DNA of 64,000 nucleotides from an uncultured Verrucomicrobiae bacterium. Its GTDB lineage: Bacteria > Verrucomicrobiota > Verrucomicrobiia > Limisphaerales > Palsa-1400. The notes beneath the pieces were generated by a model. The model did no database searches and was not told the origin of the DNA. It was given only the letters and a program-made list of their open reading frames with translations. Within the stretch, counting starts at the first letter, position 1, and every line of letters begins with the position of its first letter. A program made the position numbers and the translations under genes. The stretch covers positions 32,001 through 96,000 of the forward strand of contig CAVPOM010000005.1 in NCBI GenBank assembly GCA_963707025.1. Direction: 5' to 3'. This document shows positions 12,147 to 21,542 of the stretch, one piece after another.

Positions 12147-14090
12147 TCAAAGCTTGTTTTGCCGGCCCAGATCAAGGCGTGAGGGCGTCAAGCGGAAGGC
12201 GCCGATGCGGCTGGAATAGTTTGTGCCGCCTTTCTTGAGGTAATCGCCCACGTACCAAATGGTGTGATCGTCCGTGGGATCCATCGCCGTCTGGGCAAAG
12301 TCTTCCCAGCGCAGGCCGTTCTGCTGGGCCGCCTGGCCTTCGGCGAGAACGGCTTCCTGCAAAGTGAGCAGGCCAGGGGGATCACCGGCGAGCCGGCCCG
12401 CGAAACGCTGGCCGGGGAAGAAGTTCGTGCCACCGAAGGAGTAGCCGATGCCGATGTTGCCTTGGTTGTCCATGGCCGGACTGGCCAGCCAGCGGTAAGA
12501 TCCGGCCGGCGCGTAGGTGCCCTGCTGGTAGAGTTGGACGTCGCGCTTGGAGTTGATCCGGAATTCGTACCAGCGGACTCCGCCGCCGCCGGCGGTGGTG
12601 TTGATGGAATGCACGGCGACAATGGATTCGTGGCCGCCGAGGCGCCGGTAAACCAGCCGTTGCATGATTTTGTCGCCCTGGGAATCCAGGCGCTGGCCGG
12701 TCCCGGGCTGGGGCACCGAACGGGTCAACTGGCCGCCCCCCAGATAGTGGTAGGGGGCCACGGAAATTTTCACCGGCCCGTCCAGCCTGGTCCTGGCTGG
12801 ATCGCGCCAGTCCACATGGTATTTCCAGACGTAGATGCCGTCGTCTTCCAGGATGTGTTTTAACTGCGCGCCCCCCGCCGCCATCATGATGTTGGGCGCG
12901 CCCGCCGGGGGAGGCCGCGGGCCGTCCACGTCGGCGTTATTGAGAAAGTTCACACCGTCAATAATAATGCCCTGTTCGGCCGCGTCCTGGCCTTTGAGCA
13001 TTTTTTTGCGTTCCACCACAAAAGCTTGTTTCTGAATGACGTTGTCGCCGGTGCTGGTGGGGACGTAGTAGCCGTCGGGCCAGACGGCCGGCCGCGGATA
13101 ATCGGGAAAGAGCGGGCGAAGGAATTCATAGCGGTAGTAGGAACCGAGCGGATCGGAGCTGGTGCTGACGGCATAGCACATGGCATAGGAGCCGCGCGTT
13201 TCGGCCGGCCCGCTCCCCTGCCCTGGTCCCCGCCGCCGGCCCCGCGCCGCGGCCGTTTCCTCCTCCGGAGTTGGACGGGGCGGTTGGTAGAGAGGTTGCG
13301 CGGCGCCCGGTTTTCCCGGCAGCGCAGGGAGGCTCAGTTGGGCCGGCCCGCCCGATCTTCCCGCCGGCGGAGTGTTCGTTCGATTGGCAAGACGGCGGAA
13401 GACCGGCATGACGATCAACCAACGGTCCGCCAACTGGTCGTACCGAACCACCGCGTCCCCGTTGTTGATTTCCCCGGCGTCGGCAAAACCTTTGAAGACC
13501 TTTCCGGTTTCGACCGGGCCGTAGAGCACTCGCCCGGTCGTGTCAAACTTCGAGCCTTTTTTCGTGAAGACCGCCATCCGGGTGTTGACGATTTGGACGA
13601 TATGGTTGGGTCCAACGGCATGGGAGTTGTCGGAAGGATTCCGAAATCTGGCGGTGCCCTGAGGTCCGGCGAAGCCTTCGCCGAGTCCGTCGAAGCTCAG
13701 CACCAATTCGGGCGCGGGCTTGCTTCCGAAGACAGTCTGTTCCACCGCGGCCGATCCGAACGGGGTGCCCGTGGCTTCGGCCAGCGCGGACAAGTTGGTC
13801 GCCTCACCGCCAGCGGACCCGGGCGAGAGCGACTGGGACGGAAGCTCATCCTCGGCCGCGTCAGGGTCAGATTCCGATGATTCTGCGGCGTCTTTATCCC
13901 CATCCCGGCTGGAGGCGAGCGAGGAGAGCGGAGGAGAGACATCATGCGCCACCGCCTTGAAGACGGTGACGGCGCGGCCGCTCCCGCGCGCCGCCCCATC
14001 GTCCTGGAGAACTCGACCCCCACCCGAAACCAGGAGGCCGGCAAGAAAGAGAATGGCGACGACGGTAAGAAAACACGGCTGGAGGTTCAT
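12147..14090 (-). CDS. Secreted hypothetical protein
   Basis: Long ORF with GC-rich codon bias, hydrophobic N-terminus, conserved-looking PSDNSHAVGPNHIVQIVN, FPDYPRPAVWPDGYY and RWEDF blocks. Confidence 0.65.
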   Translation of the reverse strand: MNLQPCFLTVVAILFLAGLLVSGGGRVLQDDGAARGSGRAVTVFKAVAHDVSPPLSSLASSRDGDKDAAESSESDPDAAEDELPSQSLSPGSAGGEATNLSALAEATGTPFGSAAVEQTVFGSKPAPELVLSFDGLGEGFAGPQGTARFRNPSDNSHAVGPNHIVQIVNTRMAVFTKKGSKFDTTGRVLYGPVETGKVFKGFADAGEINNGDAVVRYDQLADRWLIVMPVFRRLANRTNTPPAGRSGGPAQLSLPALPGKPGAAQPLYQPPRPTPEEETAAARGRRRGPGQGSGPAETRGSYAMCYAVSTSSDPLGSYYRYEFLRPLFPDYPRPAVWPDGYYVPTSTGDNVIQKQAFVVERKKMLKGQDAAEQGIIIDGVNFLNNADVDGPRPPPAGAPNIMMAAGGAQLKHILEDDGIYVWKYHVDWRDPARTRLDGPVKISVAPYHYLGGGQLTRSVPQPGTGQRLDSQGDKIMQRLVYRRLGGHESIVAVHSINTTAGGGGVRWYEFRINSKRDVQLYQQGTYAPAGSYRWLASPAMDNQGNIGIGYSFGGTNFFPGQRFAGRLAGDPPGLLTLQEAVLAEGQAAQQNGLRWEDFAQTAMDPTDDHTIWYVGDYLKKGGTNYSSRIGAFRLTPSRLDLGRQNKL

Positions 14091-14232
14091 GGACCGCATA
14101 GTCAAAAAATTTTCGTTTCCGTTCTCATTATATGCCGCGATGTTGAGAACATTCAATCATTAGAAGATCCAGCCGCGATGTTTTCCAATGATCGGAAATT
14201 AAAGGATGATGGCAGGCTTGGCGAATGGCGAC

Positions 14233-15570
14233 TCAGGATAATCCTGGCACGCTCCAGCCGGCGCGATATTGGCGGCGAAGATGCTGGTTGGCCTCGGCCG
14301 CGTTGTCGAATTTGAGGTCGCGCGCGTTCCAATGGAGGGTGGTTTGCGGGAACCGGCAGGCCACGCTCCCCAGCAGGACGGCTTCGGTCAGGGGACCGGC
14401 GTAGTCGAAACCGGCCGAGGCGCGGCCCTGGCCGAGGCAGGCATCCACAAATTGCCGCCAGTGGTCCTGCTCCTGGACATGGGGGCGTTGATAGCCGGCA
14501 AAGTCGTTGTCCGGGTAAAGCTGGGCGAAATCGTAGTGCGGGAGGAGCATGACGCCTTTGGCGCCGATGAAAATGGATCCCTCGCCGGGCAGCGTGTCGT
14601 CTTCGAGCAGCGCCTGCACGTCCTTGGGCGGCCGCTCGTCGCCGTCGTACCAGGTGACGCTGACCGTCTGGCCGGCGGTATAAGGAGTGCCGGGAAAAAC
14701 GTAGTGAACGATGGAGTTGACGGCCCAGTTCCACGAATCGGGCGCGGGACCCTCGGAACGGACGGAGATGGGGGCGGTGAGTTGGAGCGCGTTGAAGACC
14801 GGATCGTAAATGTGGCAGCCCATGTCGCCAAAAGTGCCGGTGCCGAAGTCGAGCCGCTTGCGCCAGTTGCCCGGATGGTAGTAACTGTGGCCCAGGAAAG
14901 CCCGCCGGGCCGCGATGCCCAACCAGCCGTCCCAGTCGAAATTGGCCGGCACCGCATCGGCGCGGTCGGGGCGCGGGTTTGGGTCGCCCCACTTTTTCTC
15001 ACTCCAGGCGTGGACTTCCTTGACCTTGCCAATGGCGCCCTGCTGGATGATGCGCACGGCCTGTTGATAAACCCCATTGGAATGAATCTGGATGCCCATC
15101 TGCGTCACCGATTTCCCGGACCGGGCAAACTCGGTCAGCCGCCGCGTCTCATAAATGTCGTGGGTGAGCGGCTTCTGGCAATAGACATGTTTGCCCAATT
15201 GCAGGGCGGACATGGCGATGGCCGCGTGCATGTGATCGGGCACGGTGACGTTGACCGAGTCAATGGCTTTCTCCTTGTCCAGCAGCTCGCGCCAATCCTG
15301 ATAAACCTTCACGTCCGGGAATTTTTTCTTGACTGTGTTGGCGCGGTCCAGGTCAACGTCCGCGACGGCCACCAGCTTGAGGGCGGGGTGGCGGGTCAGG
15401 TTCTCGATGTCGCTGGCCGCCATGCCCGTGGCGCCGAAGCTGGCGTGGAGCAGGGTTCCATTGGCCGGGGCCGCGCGCAGAGGCCGGGTCAGGGCGGGCG
15501 CGGCCCACACCCCGGCGGCGGCGAGAGCGGCGCGACGGAGGAATTGGCGGCGGGTGAAGGGTGTTGGCAT
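14233..15570 (-). CDS. Tat-exported Gfo/Idh/MocA family oxidoreductase
   Basis: TRRQFL twin-arginine signal; PDHMHA, HVYCQKPL, GDMGCH motifs. Confidence 0.9.
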   Translation of the reverse strand: MPTPFTRRQFLRRAALAAAGVWAAPALTRPLRAAPANGTLLHASFGATGMAASDIENLTRHPALKLVAVADVDLDRANTVKKKFPDVKVYQDWRELLDKEKAIDSVNVTVPDHMHAAIAMSALQLGKHVYCQKPLTHDIYETRRLTEFARSGKSVTQMGIQIHSNGVYQQAVRIIQQGAIGKVKEVHAWSEKKWGDPNPRPDRADAVPANFDWDGWLGIAARRAFLGHSYYHPGNWRKRLDFGTGTFGDMGCHIYDPVFNALQLTAPISVRSEGPAPDSWNWAVNSIVHYVFPGTPYTAGQTVSVTWYDGDERPPKDVQALLEDDTLPGEGSIFIGAKGVMLLPHYDFAQLYPDNDFAGYQRPHVQEQDHWRQFVDACLGQGRASAGFDYAGPLTEAVLLGSVACRFPQTTLHWNARDLKFDNAAEANQHLRRQYRAGWSVPGLS

Positions 15571-15584
15571 GGCGCGGCGGTGGG

Positions 15585-16934
15585 TTATTCGAGGGCTTTG
15601 ATGGAGAGGTTGCGGAACATGACTGGGTCGTCGTGGCCCGCCAAACCGAAGTGGCCGCTGGTGCGATCCTTGCCGGGGTGTGATTTGTTGTCCAGGAATT
15701 GCGTGACCTTGCTCAGGTCGCAATCGAGGATGACGAAGCCATTGAGTTCGACTTTGATTTTCGGGCCGACGACGGTGACTTCCTCGTAATTCCATTGGCC
15801 GATGGGGCGCTGATAGCCGCGGGCGGCGGCGACCATGCCGTAAGCGGAGCCGTGGGCCTGGCGCGGGTCAATTTTCTCGCCGGTGGCTTTTTCGTAGTTG
15901 TCATCGAGCACCTGGCTTTCGCACATGCCGACGTAGGCGGTGTCGCCGTAGCCGGGATAGCGGATGGCCAGGCCGTTGTTGCCGCCCGGGGGCAGCTTGA
16001 ATTCGAGGCGGACGATGAAATTGGTGTATTCGGCCTTGGTGTAAGGGGTGCCTCCCTTGCCCCGCTGCCAGACAATGGCGCCGTCCTGGACTTTGCAGCA
16101 ATCGAGCGGCCCGGCCCAACCATCCAAGTCCTTGCCGTTGAAAATGGGCTGGAAACCGGCCGGGTCGGCGCCGCGCAGGAGTTGATTGGCCTCGGCGATG
16201 GGAATCTCGCGCACGGCCAGGTTGCGCCAGCGGATTTCGCCGCCGTGGGTCTGGAGTTGAATCGGGCCGGCCGGCGGGATGGGCAGCTTGCGGTTGAAAT
16301 AATTCTCCAGAATGGCGTTGTCCACGACCAGTTTGTCATTGAGCCAAACGGTGGTGCGGCTGCCAAGTTGGCGCACGCGGACATGGTTCCACTGGCCGAA
16401 CGGCTTGTCTGCCAACACCAGCGGATCCTTGCCGGGCGCGCCGGGAGAGTTGTTCCACAGGCCGCCGGAGCCTTTGTCGGCGCCGTTCTTGAATTCCTTG
16501 GGGTTGGTGTGGTCCCAGATTTGCACCTGCGGGCAGCCTTTGAGATAAATGCCGCTGTCGGCCAGGGGCACGGTTTTGTAGTCCGCCAGCAGTTCGATGT
16601 CGCCGTAGTTCTTTTCGGTGGTGAGGTAAAGACCCTCGCCGTCGTTGACCAGTTGGCCGTTTTCCACGCGCCAATGTTGGCGGATGTCTGCGAGGCTGGC
16701 GTCGTGCTTTTTTTGAAATTCCGCGGGCGGCAGAGCCATCCATTGGCGCGGGTCTTCGGTGGACGCCCCCCACCAGCCGCTGAGAGTCCGGCCATCGAAC
16801 AGCGGGGTGAAGCCCGGCTTAATCCGGGAACCGGGCCCGGCACAAGCGGTGCAGAACACCAGGCCGCCCAACAGCAGGGTTTTGGAGGCCCGCAGGAGAA
16901 GGCGCGGATTGATCTGGAGATGCGGCAGATTCAT
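15585..16934 (-). CDS. Tandem DUF1080 (3-keto-disaccharide hydrolase/hydratase family) lipoprotein
   Basis: Two domains each starting GFxPL/IFdGKxLxGW, with DSGI/NNGL, QIWD/QVLD, GQWN, LQTHGG/LAGHDD and WRNL/FRNL; lipobox-like CTAC; ATGA overlap with the upstream MFS. Confidence 0.88.
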   Translation of the reverse strand: MNLPHLQINPRLLLRASKTLLLGGLVFCTACAGPGSRIKPGFTPLFDGRTLSGWWGASTEDPRQWMALPPAEFQKKHDASLADIRQHWRVENGQLVNDGEGLYLTTEKNYGDIELLADYKTVPLADSGIYLKGCPQVQIWDHTNPKEFKNGADKGSGGLWNNSPGAPGKDPLVLADKPFGQWNHVRVRQLGSRTTVWLNDKLVVDNAILENYFNRKLPIPPAGPIQLQTHGGEIRWRNLAVREIPIAEANQLLRGADPAGFQPIFNGKDLDGWAGPLDCCKVQDGAIVWQRGKGGTPYTKAEYTNFIVRLEFKLPPGGNNGLAIRYPGYGDTAYVGMCESQVLDDNYEKATGEKIDPRQAHGSAYGMVAAARGYQRPIGQWNYEEVTVVGPKIKVELNGFVILDCDLSKVTQFLDNKSHPGKDRTSGHFGLAGHDDPVMFRNLSIKALE

Positions 16935-18250
16935 ATTTGTCTTTCGATTTGTGGCGCGCGCGGCGGACGGAAGAATAGCACCAGCGCCACCGCGGCGGCA
17001 ATGGCGGAAATCATCGGCACGAGGAACAAGCCGTGAAAGTCGGTGGCGGGCAGTCCGCCGTGTGTGAAAACTTTCTGGATGAGATAAGGACAGAGCGAAT
17101 TGGCCAGCAGGGCGCCGAGGCCGAGATACATCACGTTGAACAAGCCTTGCGCGCTGGCGCGGGCGTCTTTGGGAAAGCAGGCATCCACGAAAATGTAAAC
17201 GGTGGCGAAGAAAAAGGCGTAACAGATGCCGTGGAGCATTTGCACCAGGATGATCAGTTCCTTGTGCTGCGGAAAAAACGCATAGACGGCAAAGCGGGCC
17301 GCCTGGCCGGCGATGCCAATGGTCATGGTGACGCGCCAGCCCAGACGTTTCAAGCTCGCGCCGAGGACGAGCATGGTGAGGATTTCGGCAATTTGGCCCA
17401 CGCTCATGACGGGCATGATCCAATTGCCCGCAATGCCCACCCCGCCCGCGTTGCTCGCGGCGCCCAGGAACGTTCCCGTCCAGTTGAAGTAAGAGTATTG
17501 CACGAACGAATCCACCAGCGTCACCAGCCAAAGCGCCAGGACGAACGGATGCCGGAGCAGCTTGGCCGCTTCCAGCCAGGCCAGAGGCTCGGTCGCGCCC
17601 TCGTCCGCCTTTTTCGGCGGCGTATGCGGGAGCAAAAAGCTGAAGCCGGCCAGGGCGAGCGAGGCCACGCCGGCCACGGCGTAGGTCCAGGCGGTGGCGG
17701 CCTTGAGCGCGTCGCCCGTCAAGCCGGAACTAAGCACCGTGCCGAGCCAGTTGGCCAGGCCCTGCGGATGGGCGGCGTGGACTTTGCCCCAGTCCACCAG
17801 GATGAAGGTGAACGGCCAGGCGGCCAGAATCCAGCCGATCGAGCCGCCCATGCGCACCAGGCCGAATTCCTTCTGCGGGTCTTTCAGGTTGGCGAAGGCG
17901 ATGGAATTGGTGATGGAAAGCGTCGGCACGTAAAGCAGGCAGTGCAGCAGCATCAAACCGAAAAACGGCCAGAAACTCCGCGTGAAGGCCAGTCCGGTCA
18001 TCGCCAGTCCGCCCACAAGCTGGCTGAAGGCGAGAAATTTTTCCGCCGCGAAATTCCGGTCCGCGAACTGGTTGCTGAAGAACATGCCGACGATGGCCGC
18101 CACGGGAAAGGCACTGAGAATGCAGGTCTGTTGCGCCGGAGAAAAACCGAGGGTGGGCAGATAGCCGTAAATGAGCGGCAGCCAGGCGCCCCAGATGAAA
18201 AACTCCAGCACCATCATGAGGAACAGTTTGCCGCGATGGGAGGTATGCAT
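16931..18250 (-). CDS. MFS transporter, nucleoside:H+ symporter (NupG/XapB-like) family
   Basis: MMVLEFFIWGAW, ADRNF..EK, LYVPT, RMGGSIGWI, GQIAE, HGICYAFFF, RASAQG; about 12 hydrophobic segments. Confidence 0.9.
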   Translation of the reverse strand: MHTSHRGKLFLMMVLEFFIWGAWLPLIYGYLPTLGFSPAQQTCILSAFPVAAIVGMFFSNQFADRNFAAEKFLAFSQLVGGLAMTGLAFTRSFWPFFGLMLLHCLLYVPTLSITNSIAFANLKDPQKEFGLVRMGGSIGWILAAWPFTFILVDWGKVHAAHPQGLANWLGTVLSSGLTGDALKAATAWTYAVAGVASLALAGFSFLLPHTPPKKADEGATEPLAWLEAAKLLRHPFVLALWLVTLVDSFVQYSYFNWTGTFLGAASNAGGVGIAGNWIMPVMSVGQIAEILTMLVLGASLKRLGWRVTMTIGIAGQAARFAVYAFFPQHKELIILVQMLHGICYAFFFATVYIFVDACFPKDARASAQGLFNVMYLGLGALLANSLCPYLIQKVFTHGGLPATDFHGLFLVPMISAIAAAVALVLFFRPPRAPQIERQI

Positions 18251-18494
18251 GTAGTTCTGGTCGCTGGAATCTGAGCCTTTTTCGGGCGGAGCCGCAAGTC
18301 AAAATTCATGGAGGGACAGAATCCCAGGCGGCCAGCCGCAACCAAAAATGAATTGACCACAGAGATGGCAAAGACCGCAAAGCATTCCTTGTCCAGGGGC
18401 CATGCAGGACCGGCAACAGCACGCCCTTGACCAAGGCCACCAACAACATTACCTTTTCCCCAGGTTTAAACCAGAAAGAGAAAGCGCCAAATAT

Positions 18495-18842
18495 ATGAAT
18501 GAACAAACACAAGAAATGAGCCATGACATGGGCCAACTGGCCAAAGATGCGCAGGCGTTAATGACCGCCACGGCCGACGCCACCGGAGAAAAAGTCAAGG
18601 AAGCCCGCGGTCGTCTTGCTGCCGCCCTGGAACGCAGCAAGGAAATCTGTGGCCGCGTTCGCGAGAAAGCGGTCGCCGGCGCCAAGGCCGTGGACCAGGT
18701 CGTGCATGAGCATCCCTATCAAGCCATCGCCATCGGCGTCGGCCTCGGGGCGCTCATCGGTTATCTCCTTGGCCGCCGGAGTCTCCCGGGGCCGGGATTA
18801 ATCTCATTATGGAAGAACCCACTGCCAGCTTTGCCAGCCTGA
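18495..18842 (+). CDS. DUF883/ElaB/YqjD family membrane-anchored protein (true stop may be 18801)
   Basis: Helical Ala/Lys/Glu-rich body, VHEHPYQAIAIGVGLGALIGYLL C-terminal TM followed by RR. Confidence 0.85.
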   Translation: MNEQTQEMSHDMGQLAKDAQALMTATADATGEKVKEARGRLAAALERSKEICGRVREKAVAGAKAVDQVVHEHPYQAIAIGVGLGALIGYLLGRRSLPGPGLISLWKNPLPALPA

Positions 18843-19198
18843 CCACGGCCTCGAAGCAATTGGCGCAACGGCTGCTGACCATCGGAGAAAACCGGCTCGA
18901 ATTGTTGGCGGTGGAGGTGCAGGAGGAGCGCGAGCGTCTCCTCCATGCCTTCCTTCTGGCTCTGGGCGCGGCGGCCTTCGCTCTGCTCGCCGGGCTGGCG
19001 CTGACGGCTGCCATCGTGGTGTTGGGGTGGCCTTACTCCCATTTGGCCGTCCTCCTCGCCTTAACCGGTCTCTACGGCGCAGCCGGGATTTGGCTTTACC
19101 GGCGCCTCGCCGGATTGCTGCGGGACTGGCAGACCCTTTCCGAGTCGCTGGATCAACTCCGCAAGGACCGCGCATGTTTGGAAAAAATCCTCAGATGA
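18809..19198 (+). CDS. YqjE-like (phage holin family) membrane protein
   Basis: RLELLAVEVQEER, two TM helices, TLSESLDQLRKDR; located after the DUF883 gene as in yqjDEK. Confidence 0.8.
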   Translation: MEEPTASFASLTTASKQLAQRLLTIGENRLELLAVEVQEERERLLHAFLLALGAAAFALLAGLALTAAIVVLGWPYSHLAVLLALTGLYGAAGIWLYRRLAGLLRDWQTLSESLDQLRKDRACLEKILR

Positions 19199-19503
19199 AC
19201 GCGCTGCAAGCGCGCAAACAATTGTTGGTTGCGGAAAGCGAACTCAACCGCGCGCAACTGGTCCGGGACACGGCGGAGTTGACGGCGGGCGTTCGCACGC
19301 TGACCGACCGCGCCAAATCCTTCGCCTCGATCGGCTCGGCCGCCGCGGCACTGGTGTCAGCCCTGGCGGCCTTCCGGCGCGACAAGCCCGCGGACGCCGG
19401 CGCCAAGCCTTCCCGCCTGCGAACCATTCTCAAGGCGGCGGGCCTGGTCTCCGCGCTCTGGCGGGCGCTCCGTTCGCAGGGGCGCGATCAGGAAGACAAA
19501 TAG
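19195..19503 (+). CDS. YqjK-like protein
   Basis: LQARKQLLVAESELNRAQL N-terminus; ATGA overlap; third gene of the yqjDEK-like trio. Confidence 0.65.
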   Translation: MNALQARKQLLVAESELNRAQLVRDTAELTAGVRTLTDRAKSFASIGSAAAALVSALAAFRRDKPADAGAKPSRLRTILKAAGLVSALWRALRSQGRDQEDK

Positions 19504-19532
19504 AAGCCGGCCAGAAAGGCGGGCTTTTCTTG
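19503..19532 (+). terminator. Probable intrinsic terminator
   Basis: AAGCCGGCC-AGAAA-GGCGGGCTT stem followed by TTCTT directly after the stop codon, between convergent genes. Confidence 0.5.
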
Positions 19533-19545
19533 CGCGAAGGGCCAG

Positions 19546-20604
19546 TCAAAGTTTTACCGGCAATCCGGTTCGAATGGATTTTTCCTCGGCCTCGCAGATT
19601 TCCAGCGCGGTCACGGCGTCGCGCGCGGTGACGATGGCCGGGGGACGGTGTTTGGCCACGCATTCCATAAAGTAGCTGATTTCCGCGCCGTAACCGTCCG
19701 GTTCGTCGAAATGAAGGGAGCGCGCGGGTTGGCCCGGCTCACTGATTTGCGTGGCGTCCGGGCCGCGTGCGAAGTCGAAATCCAGGGTGGCGCGTTCGCA
19801 ATAAATGGTGAACTCCATGTTGAAGCCCGCCGCTTGCAGCCAGCTTCCCTCCGCCGAAACCGCCGGGCCGCCGGGATAAATATATTGCGTCACCACATGG
19901 ACGATCGAACCGGCCGCATCGGCCACGCCGGTGGAAAAGACAGCCTTGGGCCGGCCGCAAAGAAAGTGCGCGTAGTCGGTGTCGTGAATGTGCAAATCGA
20001 ACAAGGCTCCGCCCGAATGCGCCGCGCCAGCGCCGGCGCCCTGCCGGCTCCAGCCGGGCCTCTCCGACACGCGGCGGAAATGCGCGGCCAGCATTTTTCC
20101 GTAAGCGCCTTGTTGGACGGTTTGCCGGAGCCGGCTCCAGCCCGGCCAGAAGCGCATGCACATGGCGGGCATGAGAAAGCCCGGCGACGATTCCGCCACT
20201 TTCAGAACCGCCCGCGCCGCCGCGGCCGTGCCGGCCAGCGGCTTTTCGCAGAGAACATGTTTGCCGGCTTTGAGGGCGGCGATGGCCTGTTCGGCATGCC
20301 GCGGCGTCGGGGTGCAAAGGTCCACCAGATCCACTTCCGGGTCGGCGAGAATTTCTTCCAGTTTCCGAAACACTTTGACGCGCAGGCCCAGATTAACGCC
20401 GCCGGATTTTTTGATGTTCCCCGCCACGCCGGGCAGGACGCCGCGGACCGGCAGCCGGACGGGGTCGCACACCGAGACAATCCGCGCGGATGGAAGGTCC
20501 AAATAGGCGCGCAGATGGGTCACACCCATGAAGCCCAGGCCGACGACGGCGACGTTGACTTTGGCCGGCGCCTTGCAAGGCGATTTTCCAGAGGGTGCTG
20601 TCAT
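19546..20604 (-). CDS. Gfo/Idh/MocA family oxidoreductase (cytoplasmic)
   Basis: VAVVGLGFMG, HVLCEKPL, GGALFDLHIHD. Confidence 0.9.
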   Translation of the reverse strand: MTAPSGKSPCKAPAKVNVAVVGLGFMGVTHLRAYLDLPSARIVSVCDPVRLPVRGVLPGVAGNIKKSGGVNLGLRVKVFRKLEEILADPEVDLVDLCTPTPRHAEQAIAALKAGKHVLCEKPLAGTAAAARAVLKVAESSPGFLMPAMCMRFWPGWSRLRQTVQQGAYGKMLAAHFRRVSERPGWSRQGAGAGAAHSGGALFDLHIHDTDYAHFLCGRPKAVFSTGVADAAGSIVHVVTQYIYPGGPAVSAEGSWLQAAGFNMEFTIYCERATLDFDFARGPDATQISEPGQPARSLHFDEPDGYGAEISYFMECVAKHRPPAIVTARDAVTALEICEAEEKSIRTGLPVKL

Positions 20605-20617
20605 GACAAAATTCGCT

Positions 20618-21454
20618 TCAAGCAAAGTTCTCTTCAACCACTGCCCTGGCCGCGATGATGTCAGCAACGCGCCGTGTCCCGGCTTCGCGTTCGACGACCA
20701 AATTGCCTGCAAAGTTCAGTTGTTGGAGCGTTGCAAAAAAAGCGCGCCAATCCACCTCGCCGGCGCCGGCCGCCACTTCCTCACCCCATGTCCCGGGCAC
20801 TTTGGGGCGCGTGGCGTCCTTGATGTGAACCTGCCGGATCCACCGGGCCAGCACGGGCAACGCTGCAACCGGATCGCCCTGATTGTAAAGAATCATGTTC
20901 GCCGGATCGAAGTTCACTCCCAGGTTCGGACGGCGCAGCTTTTGCAGCAGCGCGGCCAGGGCGGGCGCCGTCTCCTGTCCGGTCTCCAAGCCGAGAGCAA
21001 TGTGGGCCGCGGCGAACAGGCCGGCCACTTCCGCCAGCCGCGGCAGCAGCCTGGCCTCAGGCGCGTCGGTGGCCTGGCTCGGAAGAAAGCCGGCGTGGAA
21101 CGTCACCAGTTTCAATCCCAGCCCCGCCGCCAGGCCAACGGTGGCCTTGATGATTTTGCGATTCTGCTCCCAGGTCGCGTCCGGCGCCAGGCCGCCGGTC
21201 AGACGGATGCTTTCCAGCGTTGCGTAATCTTCGCCAATACAGCCAAACATTCCCGAAACCAGGGTGATGTGGTTCCGGCGAAAAAGCGTTTCGGTCCGGC
21301 GCCAGATCCGCGGCGATTCGCGCAGCGGGTCCAGCGCGAGTTGAACGCGGCGGACACCGCAGGCCAGCAATTTGGCCACGAGGTCTTGGGGATCGGCCGG
21401 CTGCAAAGACCAACTGCACACGGCCAGACGTTCCGCCACAAGATGGTTGTTCAT
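20618..21454 (-). CDS. Sugar phosphate isomerase/epimerase (xylose-isomerase-like/AP-endonuclease-2 TIM barrel)
   Basis: LETGQE, NFDPANM, VHIKDA, GAGEVDW, VVERE metal-binding pattern. Confidence 0.85.
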   Translation of the reverse strand: MNNHLVAERLAVCSWSLQPADPQDLVAKLLACGVRRVQLALDPLRESPRIWRRTETLFRRNHITLVSGMFGCIGEDYATLESIRLTGGLAPDATWEQNRKIIKATVGLAAGLGLKLVTFHAGFLPSQATDAPEARLLPRLAEVAGLFAAAHIALGLETGQETAPALAALLQKLRRPNLGVNFDPANMILYNQGDPVAALPVLARWIRQVHIKDATRPKVPGTWGEEVAAGAGEVDWRAFFATLQQLNFAGNLVVEREAGTRRVADIIAARAVVEENFA

Positions 21455-21542
21455 GCTGGCTTATGTTAATACGTTCAACCCGCCGATTCAATTTCCTGGA
21501 ACTTGCGAATTTATCGCAGCCACGGTTGACCGCGCCTCGGAT

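Noticed and set aside
18809..19198. Phage holin suggesting a prophage
   Set aside because: Context is the housekeeping yqjDEK-like trio; no phage structural genes.
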